From Terriglobales bacterium (GTDB taxonomy: Bacteria; Acidobacteriota; Terriglobia; Terriglobales; Acidobacteriaceae): a stretch of DNA of 64,000 nt. The stretch is taken from assembly GCA_963762965.1 (NCBI GenBank), contig CAVXME010000001.1:1314328-1378327 (forward strand). The letters are read 5' to 3'. Shown piece after piece: positions 20,778 to 30,643 of this stretch (position 1 is the first letter of the stretch; the number at the start of each line of letters is the position of its first letter). The notes under the pieces were generated by a model. It was not told the DNA's origin. It ran no database searches and saw only the letters and a list, made by a program, of their open reading frames with translations. Both the position numbers and the translations under genes were made by a program.

Positions 20778-21236
20778 ATGAAAATCGGCGTGATCTCGGA
20801 CACTCACGGACTGCTTCGTCCCGAAGCCGTAGCCGCCCTGCAAGGCTCCGACTACATCATTCACGCCGGCGATATCGGTGATCCGGAAATTCTCACCACG
20901 CTAGCAACCATCGCTCCGGTCACCGCGATTCGCGGCAACGTCGACCGTGAATCCTGGGCCAGGAAAATTCCCGAGACCAATGTGCTGGAAGTCGAAGATG
21001 TCTCCATTTACATTCTGCACGATCTTGCCGAGCTCGATCTCAAACCTGAAGCCGCTGGATTTCATGTTGTCGTGTCCGGGCACAGCCACATACCCAAACA
21101 GGAAACAAAAAAAGGCGTGCTATATTTCAATCCCGGAAGCGCTGGCCCGAAGCGATTCAAGCTGCCAGTGAGCGTAGGCCGGTTGATCATTAAAGAGCAG
21201 ACTGTGCGCGGTGAGATTTTGCAGATCCTCGACTAA
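20778..21236 (+). CDS. Metallophosphoesterase family protein (YfcE/MJ0936-like)
   Basis: MKIGVISDTHG...IIHAGDIG...VSGHSH. Confidence 0.8.
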   Translation: MKIGVISDTHGLLRPEAVAALQGSDYIIHAGDIGDPEILTTLATIAPVTAIRGNVDRESWARKIPETNVLEVEDVSIYILHDLAELDLKPEAAGFHVVVSGHSHIPKQETKKGVLYFNPGSAGPKRFKLPVSVGRLIIKEQTVRGEILQILD

Positions 21237-21273
21237 CACAAGAGTTGAGTACAGATATCGGAGGACTTCCCTC

Positions 21274-23061
21274 GTGAACAAAAAGCAGATTTCGTTACTG
21301 GCATTGTTTTTTGCTCTCCTGCTAGCCGCAGACTTCGCCGCCGCTGAAGGCCCATACGTGGTGACCATCGAGCACGGCGTTGAGGCCAAGATGCGTGACG
21401 GGGTGGTGCTTCGTGCTGACATTTACCGTCCTAAAGCGGACGGCCAGTTCCCCGTGCTTCTCCAGCGCACGCCTTACGACAAGAACAACGACTGGGGAGC
21501 GATCCCGTTTGCCAATAAAGCCGTGGCCAGCGGATATGTGGTCATCATCCAGGATGTTCGCGGCCGCTACTCCTCCGATGGCGACTGGTATCCCTTCCTG
21601 CACGAATCCGACGATGGCTATGACAGCGTGGAGTGGGCCGCCGCTCTTCCCTATTCCAATGGCAAAGTTGGAATGTTTGGCGGGTCGTACGTCGGCGCAA
21701 CCCAAATGCTGGCGGCTATTGCTCATCCGCCGCATCTTGCGGGCATCAATCCGACCGTGACCCCCAGCAATTATCACGACGGCTGGACATACCAGGGTGG
21801 AGCATTCGAGCAGTGGTTCAACGAATCGTGGACTTCCGGACTCGCCGAAGACACGCTCCGGCGCCAGATATCGAAAACCAACAATGCCATGAAAAACGTT
21901 GAGCAACTGCCTCTAACTTCCTACCCGCTGTTTAATTTTTCGCTGGTTACCAACTCCGACCAGACGAAAACCCTGGCCCCGTATTTTCTCGATTGGCTGG
22001 CCCATCCCAACTACGACGATTACTGGAAACGCTGGTCGATCGAAGAACATTTTTCCGACATTAACGTTCCTGTCCTGACCGAAGCGGCCTGGTACGACAT
22101 CTTTCTGGGAGGATCGTTGCGTAACTACATGGGCATCAAAGCCCACGGGGGCAGCGATGCTGCACGCCAGGGGCAGAGGCTTTATATCGCGATCGGTGGT
22201 CATGCCGGCGGCGGACGCAAAGTCGGCGATGTGGATTTCGGTCCAGCCGCCGAATTGCAGGACAAGGACATCACGCTGGACTGGTACGACTACCTTTTCA
22301 AAGGCGTGCAAAATGAATTTGCCAAAGAAAAGGCGGTCCACCTTTTCGTGATGGGTGCCAATGAATGGCGCGAAGAGGATGACTGGCCCGTACCCCAGGC
22401 CCGTAGCACCAAGTATTTTCTGCATTCGGCGGGGAGCGCGAATTCAGTGAAGGGCAACGGCAGTCTCTCGGTGACGGCTCCAGCCGCCGAACCTTTCGAC
22501 CATTACGTTTATGATCCCGCCACTCCGGTGGCCACGGTTGGCGGCCCGCTTTGCTGTGATGGCACGCATCTTCCGCCCGGGCCCCGCGATCAAAGCCCCG
22601 TCGAATCTCGCGACGACGTTCTGATCTACTCGACCCCAGCCTTCGATCAGGACATGGAAGTCACCGGCCCGGTAAGCCTGGAGCTATACGCCAAATCGTC
22701 GGTGATGGACACGGATTTCACCGCCAAGCTGGTGGACGTTGGCCCCGATGGATTCGCGCAAAATCTTACCGAGGGCATTGTCCGCGCTCGCTACCGGGAT
22801 TCGCAGGAGAAGCCCGATTACATCAAGCCCGGGCAGACTTACAAATTCACCATCGACTTGTGGGCTACCAGTAACGTATTTCGCAAGGGCCACATTTTGC
22901 GGCTGGAAGTAAGCAGCAGCAATTTCCCCCGCTTCGACCGGAATCTGAATACCGGAGACGATGCGGAGCACACCCGGAGATACGTGACCGCAACCAACAC
23001 GATTTATCATGATACCGAGCATCCCTCAGCGCTGGTTCTGCCGATCGTGCCGGGCAAGTGA
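21274..23061 (+). CDS. CocE/NonD family hydrolase (S15 X-Pro dipeptidyl-peptidase-like)
   Basis: GTG at 21274 has GGAGGA at 21259-21264 and gives a signal peptide. Motifs seen: LQRTPYDK, GMFGGSYVG (nucleophile elbow), and the C-terminal SSSNFPRFDRNLNTG. Confidence 0.85.
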   Translation: MNKKQISLLALFFALLLAADFAAAEGPYVVTIEHGVEAKMRDGVVLRADIYRPKADGQFPVLLQRTPYDKNNDWGAIPFANKAVASGYVVIIQDVRGRYSSDGDWYPFLHESDDGYDSVEWAAALPYSNGKVGMFGGSYVGATQMLAAIAHPPHLAGINPTVTPSNYHDGWTYQGGAFEQWFNESWTSGLAEDTLRRQISKTNNAMKNVEQLPLTSYPLFNFSLVTNSDQTKTLAPYFLDWLAHPNYDDYWKRWSIEEHFSDINVPVLTEAAWYDIFLGGSLRNYMGIKAHGGSDAARQGQRLYIAIGGHAGGGRKVGDVDFGPAAELQDKDITLDWYDYLFKGVQNEFAKEKAVHLFVMGANEWREEDDWPVPQARSTKYFLHSAGSANSVKGNGSLSVTAPAAEPFDHYVYDPATPVATVGGPLCCDGTHLPPGPRDQSPVESRDDVLIYSTPAFDQDMEVTGPVSLELYAKSSVMDTDFTAKLVDVGPDGFAQNLTEGIVRARYRDSQEKPDYIKPGQTYKFTIDLWATSNVFRKGHILRLEVSSSNFPRFDRNLNTGDDAEHTRRYVTATNTIYHDTEHPSALVLPIVPGK

Positions 23062-23136
23062 GGGCATGAATCTGCGCGGGCTGAAGCCCGGGGGCAGGTG
23101 AGGGCACCTGCCCCTACGCAAGCATCGCTGACTCGC

Positions 23137-23178
23137 GTAGGGACGGACGCCCTCGTCTGTCCCGCAAGCGAAGCTCGC
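23137..23178. repeat. Palindromic repeat, family R4 (GTAGGGACGGACGCC(C)TCGTCTGTCC..AGCGAAGCT)
   Basis: A near-identical copy is at 60650-60691 and a partial copy (gggcgcggacgcctcgtctgcgcc) at 20723-20746. Two more GC hairpins precede it at 23075-23115. Confidence 0.8.
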
Positions 23179-23186
23179 GCTCGCCG

Positions 23187-24368
23187 GTGTTCGATACAAT
23201 CCAAGCAGTGTCCATCGAATTTCAAATTCAAGTCACGAACGGCCCCGCCCGCGCCGGCCGCCTCATCACCCCGCACGGCGAGATCGAAACCCCAGTCTTC
23301 ATGCCGGTGGGCACGCTGGCCTCGGTCAAAGGCGTACCGCAAGACATCCTTGAAGAGCTAGGTGTCCAAATTCTCCTCGGGAACACCTATCACCTTTATC
23401 TTCGGCCGGGAGTGGAGCAAGTCCGAAAACTCGGTGGTCTGCATCGTTTCATGGCCTGGCCGCGAGCCATTCTTACCGACTCCGGCGGATTTCAAGTTTT
23501 CAGCCTCAATGAACTGCGCAAAGTCACTGAAGAAGGTGTGACGTTTCGCTCACATCTCGATGGCTCACCGCATTTTTTCAGCCCGGAGAGCGCGATCGAA
23601 GCGCAGATCGGCCTGGGTGCGGACATCATCATGGCATTCGATGAATGCACCGAATTCCCAGCCGACGGCGAGCGAATGCGCAAGTCGATGGAATTAACGC
23701 TGCGTTGGGCAGAGCGCAGCAAGAAATATTTTGAGGAACATAAGAACGAGGTGCCATGGGCCGGCTCTCAGCTTTCGGCTCTTAGCTCTCAGCCAACCCT
23801 TCAAACCCAGGCTCTTTTTGGCATTGTGCAGGGCGGCATGGATCTTGCACTGAGGAAAGAATCCGCCGAGCGCACTATCGAAATTGGATTTCCGGGATAC
23901 GCCATCGGCGGGCTCAGCGTCGGCGAACCGCGTCATCTCACCAAGGAAGTTGTGGAATCGACCATCCAATATCTGCCCGCCGATCAGCCCCGCTATCTCA
24001 TGGGGGTGGGCACGCCTGAGGAAATCGTCGAATACTCGAACCTGGGCATCGACATGATGGACTGCGTTCTCCCCACACGCGCCGCCCGGCATGGACTGCT
24101 GTTTACCTCCGAAGGGAAGATTTCGATTAAGCAAGCCCGCTACGCTGGAGACGAGGCGCCGTTAGACCCCAATTGCGGCTGCCGGGTGTGCCAGCGCTAC
24201 TCCCGGGCATATTTGCGGCACCTTTATGCATCGAATGAGGTTTTGGCACAGGTCTTGAACACCGTCCACAACCTTAGTTTCTACCTTGACACTATGCGAG
24301 CGGTGCGTCATTCTATTGCACTTGGGAAAGGCGCCCGGTTTCTGTCTGGTCAGTGGTCTCAGCCATAG
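23187..24368 (+). CDS. tgt: tRNA-guanine transglycosylase (queuine tRNA-ribosyltransferase)
   Basis: TPVFMPVGT, DSGGFQ and the zinc site CGCRVCQ..H are present. Order is tgt-yajC-secDF. The GTG start is uncertain. An in-frame heptamer-array insertion lies at 23763-23794. Confidence 0.95.
   Translation: MFDTIQAVSIEFQIQVTNGPARAGRLITPHGEIETPVFMPVGTLASVKGVPQDILEELGVQILLGNTYHLYLRPGVEQVRKLGGLHRFMAWPRAILTDSGGFQVFSLNELRKVTEEGVTFRSHLDGSPHFFSPESAIEAQIGLGADIIMAFDECTEFPADGERMRKSMELTLRWAERSKKYFEEHKNEVPWAGSQLSALSSQPTLQTQALFGIVQGGMDLALRKESAERTIEIGFPGYAIGGLSVGEPRHLTKEVVESTIQYLPADQPRYLMGVGTPEEIVEYSNLGIDMMDCVLPTRAARHGLLFTSEGKISIKQARYAGDEAPLDPNCGCRVCQRYSRAYLRHLYASNEVLAQVLNTVHNLSFYLDTMRAVRHSIALGKGARFLSGQWSQP
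23763..23794. repeat. Heptamer-periodic array (GGCTCTN/AGCTNTC units) inside the tgt coding sequence
   Basis: ggctctc agctttc ggctctt agctctc agcc is translated in frame as GSQLSALSSQP. Confidence 0.8.
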
Positions 24369-24509
24369 CCATAGATTGCGACTCCCGTACGTGCCTGCTT
24401 CAAAGTTCCGGTCTGATAGCGCAGAGCCCCCGCGTTTGAACGGACATGGCTGGAAGCGGCTGGGCGCAGCTCTGAAATGATTAGCGGAAAAACAGGTTTC
24501 CAGGTTTTC

Positions 24510-24839
24510 ATGAACGTTCAAGAGTTTTTGGCAGTACAACTTGGCGGTGGCGGCTCCATGAGCTGGCTGGGCTTTGCCCCACTCATCTTCATTTTCGCCA
24601 TTTTTTACTTTCTTCTCATCATGCCTCAGCAAAAGAAGCAGAAGAAATGGCAGCAAATGTTGAGCGAACTCAAGAACGGGGACAAAGTCGTCACCAGCGG
24701 CGGCATGCGCGGCACCATCATTTCGCTAAAAGACGACTACGTTCAACTGCGAGTGCCGCCCGACAATTTACGCATCGAAGTCAGCCGCGCCTCAGTGGTG
24801 TCGGTTGCCAATGCAGACGATGCGGTAAGCAACAAGTAG
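24510..24839 (+). CDS. yajC: Preprotein translocase subunit YajC
   Basis: ..LIFIFAIFYFLLIMPQQKKQKKWQQMLSELKNGDKVVTSGGMRGTI.. is the YajC signature. The start is uncertain (ATG at 24510 or 24558). Confidence 0.85.
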   Translation: MNVQEFLAVQLGGGGSMSWLGFAPLIFIFAIFYFLLIMPQQKKQKKWQQMLSELKNGDKVVTSGGMRGTIISLKDDYVQLRVPPDNLRIEVSRASVVSVANADDAVSNK

Positions 24840-24881
24840 CGGCAGGTTTATTAAAGGATCGGGAATTCATAATTTAAGGTC

Positions 24882-26513
24882 ATGAACAAGAATTTAGGCT
24901 GGAAACTCGGAATCATCGTTGCCACCGTTTTCGTATTCCTGTTCGGCATTTTTGGGCTGCCGGATAGCTGGTCGCGCGCTGGTCTCATGGCCGCGCTTCA
25001 GAACCGCATTCATTTGGGATTGGACCTCAAGGGAGGTACCCACTTAATTCTGCAAGTGCAGGTGGATGACGCCGTCAATGCTGATTCGGATCGCGCTGTT
25101 GATCTCCTGAAAGAACAGCTCCAAGCCCACAAAATCACCTCTGCCGATGTGACCAAGCCCGATCCCGTAGCCGCTCCCGACAAAATCGTGATCAAGGGCG
25201 TGCCGTCGGATTCCGATGCTGACGTGAGGTCACTGATCCTCGATCGCCTGCCCGCGTATGACGCGGCCTCGGGGGCGGACAACTCCTTCACTCTCACCAT
25301 GAAGCCGCAGTCGCTCGTCGACCTGAAAAACCGGGCGGTGACCCAGGCGATCGAGACCATCCGCAACCGCATCGACTCGCTTGGCGTGAGTGAGCCAACC
25401 ATTGAGGAACACGGGCTGGGAGACTATCAGATTCTGGTGCAGTTGCCGGGAGTGGACGATCCGGCGCGCGTCAAGGAAATCATGCAGTCCACCGCCATGC
25501 TGGAAATCAAGGAGGTGCTGGGCGGCCCCTTTGCCAGTGAACAGAATGCGCTGGAGGCAAATAATGGCCTGCTGCCTCCGAATTCAATATTACTGAAGGG
25601 CCGTGGTGAGGGAAGCAAAAACACCGACGATGCTGGCGACCAGTACTGGATATTGTCCCGAACCTCGGCCGTCGCTGGTGCGGATCTGCGTTCCGGAGGA
25701 GCGAGTGTAGGACGCGACCCCGACAATAATGCTCCTGCCGCGGATTTCTTGCTTACCAATGAAGGCGGCCGCAAGTTCGCAGCATTCACCGGCTCACATA
25801 TCGGCAAGTCCCTGGCAGTGGTGCTCGACAAACGGGTCCGGGAAGTAGCCACCATTAAGTCCGAGATCCACGATCAAGGAAACATCAGTGGCGGCGGCAT
25901 GACCGAGGAAGCGGCCAAAGATCTGGTACTGATCTTGAATTCGGGCGCTTTACCCGCAGGCATCAAATATCTGCAAGAGCTCACCGTCGGCCCCTCGCTG
26001 GGGGCCGAGTCCATTCACGCGGGCGTGGACGCCGCCATCGTCGGCATGGTCGCGGTTTTGATCTTCATGCTTGTTTATTATCACGGTGCCGGCATCAACG
26101 CCGACATCGCACTGATCCTCAATCTGATCATTCTGCTGGGATGTATGGGTTATTTTGGCGCCGTGCTCACGTTACCCGGGATCGCCGGAGTGATCCTGAC
26201 CGTCGGCATGGGCGTGGATTCGAATGTGCTGATCTTTGAGCGCATTCGCGAGGAACTGCGCAACGGGAAAACGCCGCCTTCTGCGGTCGATCAGGGATTC
26301 GGTCACGCCTGGGTGACGATTGTGGATACGCACGTCACTACGCTGGTCTCGGCAGCCATCCTGTTCGCAGCTGGCAGCGGCCCGGTCAAAGGTTTTGCAG
26401 TCACCCTGACCATCGGACTTCTGGCGAACCTGTTCACCGCTGTGTTCGTATCACGCGTGATTTTTGACTGGATCTTGAGCCGGAAGCAAAGAGGCGAAGC
26501 GTTAAGCATTTAA
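24882..26513 (+). CDS. secD: Protein translocase subunit SecD
   Basis: 543 aa. It has an N-terminal TM segment, a large periplasmic domain (LGLDLKGGTHL) and a C-terminal 5-TM block (GMGVDSNVLIFERIREE). Confidence 0.93.
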   Translation: MNKNLGWKLGIIVATVFVFLFGIFGLPDSWSRAGLMAALQNRIHLGLDLKGGTHLILQVQVDDAVNADSDRAVDLLKEQLQAHKITSADVTKPDPVAAPDKIVIKGVPSDSDADVRSLILDRLPAYDAASGADNSFTLTMKPQSLVDLKNRAVTQAIETIRNRIDSLGVSEPTIEEHGLGDYQILVQLPGVDDPARVKEIMQSTAMLEIKEVLGGPFASEQNALEANNGLLPPNSILLKGRGEGSKNTDDAGDQYWILSRTSAVAGADLRSGGASVGRDPDNNAPAADFLLTNEGGRKFAAFTGSHIGKSLAVVLDKRVREVATIKSEIHDQGNISGGGMTEEAAKDLVLILNSGALPAGIKYLQELTVGPSLGAESIHAGVDAAIVGMVAVLIFMLVYYHGAGINADIALILNLIILLGCMGYFGAVLTLPGIAGVILTVGMGVDSNVLIFERIREELRNGKTPPSAVDQGFGHAWVTIVDTHVTTLVSAAILFAAGSGPVKGFAVTLTIGLLANLFTAVFVSRVIFDWILSRKQRGEALSI

Positions 26514-26550
26514 TAATTACTAAGTAAACAAACGAGGGGACGTAAGCAGC

Positions 26551-27744
26551 GTGGAATTTTTTCGTAATCCGAACATAGATTTTCTCGGCAAAAAGTGGTA
26601 CTTTCTTGCCTTTTCCCTTGTGTTCAGCGTGGCGGGCGTATTCTCCATGCTGTTTTGGCACAAAATTCCATTGGGCATCGAGTTTAGAGGGGGCACTTTG
26701 GTCGAGGTAAAGTTCGCGCAACCTCCGAATGACGACGCCATTCGCGCGGTCATGGATCGCGCGGGCCTGCACAATGCAAAGATTCAGCGGCTGGGCACGG
26801 CGGGCGAAGTGCTGATCAATCTTTCCGCCCAGGAAACCAGTGAGCAAGCTCTGGATCAAGGCAAGATCAAGATTATCAATGCTTTGGAAACCATGGAAAC
26901 CAATGCACCCGCGGGCAAGCAGGACCTGAACAACGCCAGCTCGTTGACCGTGGGTGAATACCTATTGGAAAAAGACCCTTTGCATGCCGGGACCGATGCC
27001 AACCAGCGCTATACCGCGCAAGCCCAGGCCATCGTCGATTATCGCGACAAAGTCAAAGGCGGCGTGTTGAGCGCGCTCGATGAATTGAAGGGTTCCGTAG
27101 ACCCGGCCGTGGTCGCGTCCTTGGCGGACGGATTTTATCTCTCCAATTTCGGCGTACGCAATGTGAGCATTGTGGGGCCGCAAGTGGGCAGTCAGCTGAA
27201 GAATCAAGCCTGGATCGCGATTGGATTTTCCCTGCTGGGAATGTTGATTTATCTGGGGTTCCGTTTTGAATGGATTTATGGTGTGGCAGCGGTCATCACT
27301 GTTTTTCACGACACTCTGATCACGGTGGGTGCATTTTCGTTGACCAACAAGGAGATATCCTTGACGGTCATCGCCGCCATCCTGACCCTGATCGGCTATT
27401 CAAATAACGATACCATCGTGGTTTTTGACCGCATCCGCGAGAACATAAAGCTGATGCGCCGGGAAAAGCTCTCGGACATCGTTAATCGCAGCATTAATCA
27501 AACTTTGAGCCGAACCATCTTGACAGCGGGCTTAACCTTCATTACGGTACTCGCCTTGTATATTTTTGGCGGTGAAGTGCTCAACGGCTTCTCCTTCGCC
27601 CTGGTAATCGGCATCTTAATCGGGACGTATTCGTCGATTGCCATTGCGGCGCCGATTCTGGTGGCTTATCAGGATTGGCGTTTAAACCGGGGGAAGCAGC
27701 CCGTGCTTGCGCCAGGAGCTAAGGCAGTTGCAAGCAGAAAGTAA
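26551..27744 (+). CDS. secF: Protein translocase subunit SecF
   Basis: GTG start with GAGGGGA upstream. Motifs seen: GIEFRGGT, and IGYSNNDTIVVFDRIREN. Confidence 0.92.
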   Translation: MEFFRNPNIDFLGKKWYFLAFSLVFSVAGVFSMLFWHKIPLGIEFRGGTLVEVKFAQPPNDDAIRAVMDRAGLHNAKIQRLGTAGEVLINLSAQETSEQALDQGKIKIINALETMETNAPAGKQDLNNASSLTVGEYLLEKDPLHAGTDANQRYTAQAQAIVDYRDKVKGGVLSALDELKGSVDPAVVASLADGFYLSNFGVRNVSIVGPQVGSQLKNQAWIAIGFSLLGMLIYLGFRFEWIYGVAAVITVFHDTLITVGAFSLTNKEISLTVIAAILTLIGYSNNDTIVVFDRIRENIKLMRREKLSDIVNRSINQTLSRTILTAGLTFITVLALYIFGGEVLNGFSFALVIGILIGTYSSIAIAAPILVAYQDWRLNRGKQPVLAPGAKAVASRK

Positions 27745-27747
27745 GGG

Positions 27748-27812
27748 CAGCTCCTAGCTCCTAGCTTCTAGTAAACAAAGCAGGTTTAGCTGGGGCTAGC
27801 AGCTAGTAGCTG
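27748..27812. repeat. Heptamer-periodic inverted repeat (CTAGCTC units)
   Basis: The arms are cagctcctagctcctagcttctag (27748-27771) and ctagcagctagtagctg (27796-27812), immediately 3' of secF. Confidence 0.8.
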
Positions 27813-27883
27813 ATTTTGTGGGAGCAAAGCAGGGACAGGCGGTGTCTAAGGGTACGTAGGGTCCGTGTAGGAGAAAAAACCTT

Positions 27884-28606
27884 ATGTTTGAAGACAGCCT
27901 AATCGAATCGGGTAACAAGCTTAAGACCAAGCGGGGTTTAACCACCTCGCTGACGTTCGTTCTGGAAATCATCCTGGTCGGGATTTTGGTATTGATCCCG
28001 TTGCTATTTACCGAAGCTCTGCCCAAAGCCCAATTGCTGACCGGGTTGGTCGCGCCCCCCCCACCGCCGCCGCCACCGCCACCACCAGCCGCGGTAGTCA
28101 AGGTCGTCAAGATTGAAACCAACATGGTGAACGACCAACTGCGCACCCCCACCAAGATTCCCAAGAAGATTGAGATCGTTAAGGAAGAAGAAGCGCCTCC
28201 GCAAATGGCCGGAGTGATGGGTGGAGTCCCGGGCGGAGTCCCCGGAGGCTCGATGAACGGAGTCATCGGAGGAATTGTCAGCAGCGCAGCGGTGGTACCC
28301 ACCATCCACCAGGCGCAACGGGTACGCGTATCCCAGGGCGTGACTTCGGGTCTCCTGATACGCAAAATCAATCCCACCTACCCTCCCTTGGCCAAGCAGG
28401 CACGCATTTCTGGCGCGGTGGTGTTGCAGGCGGAGATCAGCAAAGATGGGTCGATCCAGAACCTGCATGTAATCAGCGGCCATCCCATGCTCGTGCCTTC
28501 CGCTCTGGAAGCGGTAAAACAGTGGAAGTACAAGCCGTACATTCTGAATGGGGAACCGGTGGAAGTGGAGACCACGATCACCGTGAACTTTACACTGGCC
28601 GGCTAG
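27884..28606 (+). CDS. tonB: Energy transducer TonB
   Basis: An N-terminal TM segment, a proline tract (APPPPPPPPPPPAA) and a TonB C-terminal domain (PTYPPLAKQARISGAVVL...TVNFTL). AGGAGA RBS. Confidence 0.9.
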   Translation: MFEDSLIESGNKLKTKRGLTTSLTFVLEIILVGILVLIPLLFTEALPKAQLLTGLVAPPPPPPPPPPPAAVVKVVKIETNMVNDQLRTPTKIPKKIEIVKEEEAPPQMAGVMGGVPGGVPGGSMNGVIGGIVSSAAVVPTIHQAQRVRVSQGVTSGLLIRKINPTYPPLAKQARISGAVVLQAEISKDGSIQNLHVISGHPMLVPSALEAVKQWKYKPYILNGEPVEVETTITVNFTLAG

Positions 28607-28731
28607 ACCATGAAGCTAAGCCAGGCAGGACGGTGGTAGCGGAAGTTCGGTAATGGGTTGAACTGTAATGCGTTGAACCAGTCTTTGCAGCCCGAAATTA
28701 TTACACCAATTCGAAGAGGGAGAAGCAACTC

Positions 28732-29487
28732 ATGCTCGTAGCCAATTTAGCAACTGCAGCTTTACATCACGTACCTGCGGTCGCCACCTGGATGTTCCAG
28801 GAGGAAACCGTACAATGGGACCCACTCGCCCTCTTGAAACACATGGGATGGATCGCGAGAGGGGTAGTGGTCATTCTATTCATTATGTCCGGATGGTCGA
28901 TCGGCGTGATGATTGACCGCTGGATGGCTTTCAATGCGGCGCGCAAACAGTCGCGGGCGTTCGCACCCGCAGTGGCTGGAGCGTTGCGCGACGGCAAGAT
29001 TGACGAGGCTATCAAGGTGGCGGAACGCAACAAAAAGAGCCATTTGGCCAAAGTGGTGACGGCCGGCCTGATGGAATTCCGGGCTCACCAGGAAAGCGGC
29101 GAAATTCCGGGTGAGACCATCGAAGCTTCCAAGCGCGCTTTGGAGCGCACCGAAGCCATTGTCCACGCCGAGTTGAAGCGCGGCCTGGGCGGTCTGGCCA
29201 CCATCGGATCGACGGCCCCGTTCGTCGGCCTGTTCGGCACGGTCATGGGCATTCTGAACGCCTTTCAGGAAATGTCCAAGAGTAAGACCACCGGACTGGG
29301 CGCGGTCGCCGGCGGTATTTCAGAAGCCTTGGTGACCACGGCCCTCGGGCTGGTGGTCGCGATTCCGGCGGTCATGATGTTCAACTACCTGACCGGCCGC
29401 GTGGAAGCGTTCGACGTGGAAATGGACAACTCCTCGAGCGAACTGATCGACTACTTCCTGAAGCGCCGCGGGGCAGTGCGCCGCTAG
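28732..29487 (+). CDS. exbB: MotA/TolQ/ExbB proton-channel family protein
   Basis: ..IGSTAPFVGLFGTVMGILNAF...GGISEALVTTALGLVVAIPAVMMFNY. Confidence 0.9.
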   Translation: MLVANLATAALHHVPAVATWMFQEETVQWDPLALLKHMGWIARGVVVILFIMSGWSIGVMIDRWMAFNAARKQSRAFAPAVAGALRDGKIDEAIKVAERNKKSHLAKVVTAGLMEFRAHQESGEIPGETIEASKRALERTEAIVHAELKRGLGGLATIGSTAPFVGLFGTVMGILNAFQEMSKSKTTGLGAVAGGISEALVTTALGLVVAIPAVMMFNYLTGRVEAFDVEMDNSSSELIDYFLKRRGAVRR

Positions 29488-29601
29488 TCTGTAAAGAAGA
29501 ATTGGTAGCTGTGAGTTGCTGGTTCGGCGCTGGACACGGGTCCAGCGCCGGGACCCTCGCTACCGCGAAGGCGAGTGTCGAAGGCGTAGGAGACAACAGG
29601 T

Positions 29602-30066
29602 ATGCCATTAGCAAAACGTGATGAAGGCTCCAAAGTCAGCTCCGACATCAACGTCACCCCCATGGTGGACGTGATGCTGGTGCTCCTGGTCATTTTCATG
29701 GTCATCACTCCCATGTTGCAGCACGGAGTGAACGTGAACATGGCCAAAGTCAATAATCCCGAAGCCATGCCGGATGCGGACAAAGAAGACGCGCTGCTGG
29801 TGGTGGTGATGTCGGATGGCGGAATTTATTTCGGCACTGACAAAGTCAGCCTGGATACGCTCACGGAAAAGGTCAAGGACCGGCTCGCCAACAGAGTGGA
29901 CAAGCGAGTGTACCTGCGGGCCGATGCACGGGCCAGATTCAAGTATGTGGTGGATGTGGTCGATGATGTCCGGGCCGCGGGCGTGGACCAGTTGGGTCTG
30001 TTGACCGAGCAAAGGAAGAACTCAACCAGCCCTGTGCCGCCACCCCCACCCACCGGTGGACAATAG
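29602..30066 (+). CDS. exbD: Biopolymer transporter ExbD/TolR
   Basis: DINVTPMVDVMLVLLVIFMV is the ExbD signature. The C-terminus is Pro-rich. Confidence 0.88.
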   Translation: MPLAKRDEGSKVSSDINVTPMVDVMLVLLVIFMVITPMLQHGVNVNMAKVNNPEAMPDADKEDALLVVVMSDGGIYFGTDKVSLDTLTEKVKDRLANRVDKRVYLRADARARFKYVVDVVDDVRAAGVDQLGLLTEQRKNSTSPVPPPPPTGGQ

Positions 30067-30101
30067 GTTAGAGACAGAGAATCAGGTCGGAGGATATCGA
30101 T

Positions 30102-30542
30102 ATGGCGATGGCAGTCGGCGCCAAGGGCGGTCAAAGCGCGAACATCAACGTGACCCCGCTGATTGATGTGTTGCTGGTGTTGCTGATTATTTTCATGGCG
30201 ATCACGCCGCTGACTCCTAAGGGGCTGGATGCGCTGGTACCGCAGCCGCCGCCGCCGAATCAGAAGCAGGACAACACGCCTGACCGCACCATCGTCGTGC
30301 AGCTGATCGACCGCGGCGCGGATAAGGATCCGGGCCTGAAGGTCAACCAGGACGATGAAACCTGGGACCACCTGCAAACCAAGCTGACGGATATTTTCAA
30401 GATGCGCGCGGAAAAGGTGATGTTCGTCAAAGGCGACGACAATGTTCCCTTTGCGGATGTGGCGAATGTGATTGACATTGCGCACGCTTCGGGCGTAGAC
30501 AAAGTTGGGTTGATCACCGCCAAGATTGAAGCAGGCCAATAA
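30102..30542 (+). CDS. exbD: Biopolymer transporter ExbD/TolR (second copy)
   Basis: NINVTPLIDVLLVLLIIFMA. Confidence 0.88.
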   Translation: MAMAVGAKGGQSANINVTPLIDVLLVLLIIFMAITPLTPKGLDALVPQPPPPNQKQDNTPDRTIVVQLIDRGADKDPGLKVNQDDETWDHLQTKLTDIFKMRAEKVMFVKGDDNVPFADVANVIDIAHASGVDKVGLITAKIEAGQ

Positions 30543-30643
30543 GTCCTGCTGTTGCCCCGGCTGGCCATGAGAAACGGGGCGGCAGCCTGGATCACTGTGT
30601 GCTGTCCCGGTTGTGATCTGATGGCAGGGAGACCGATAACGCA

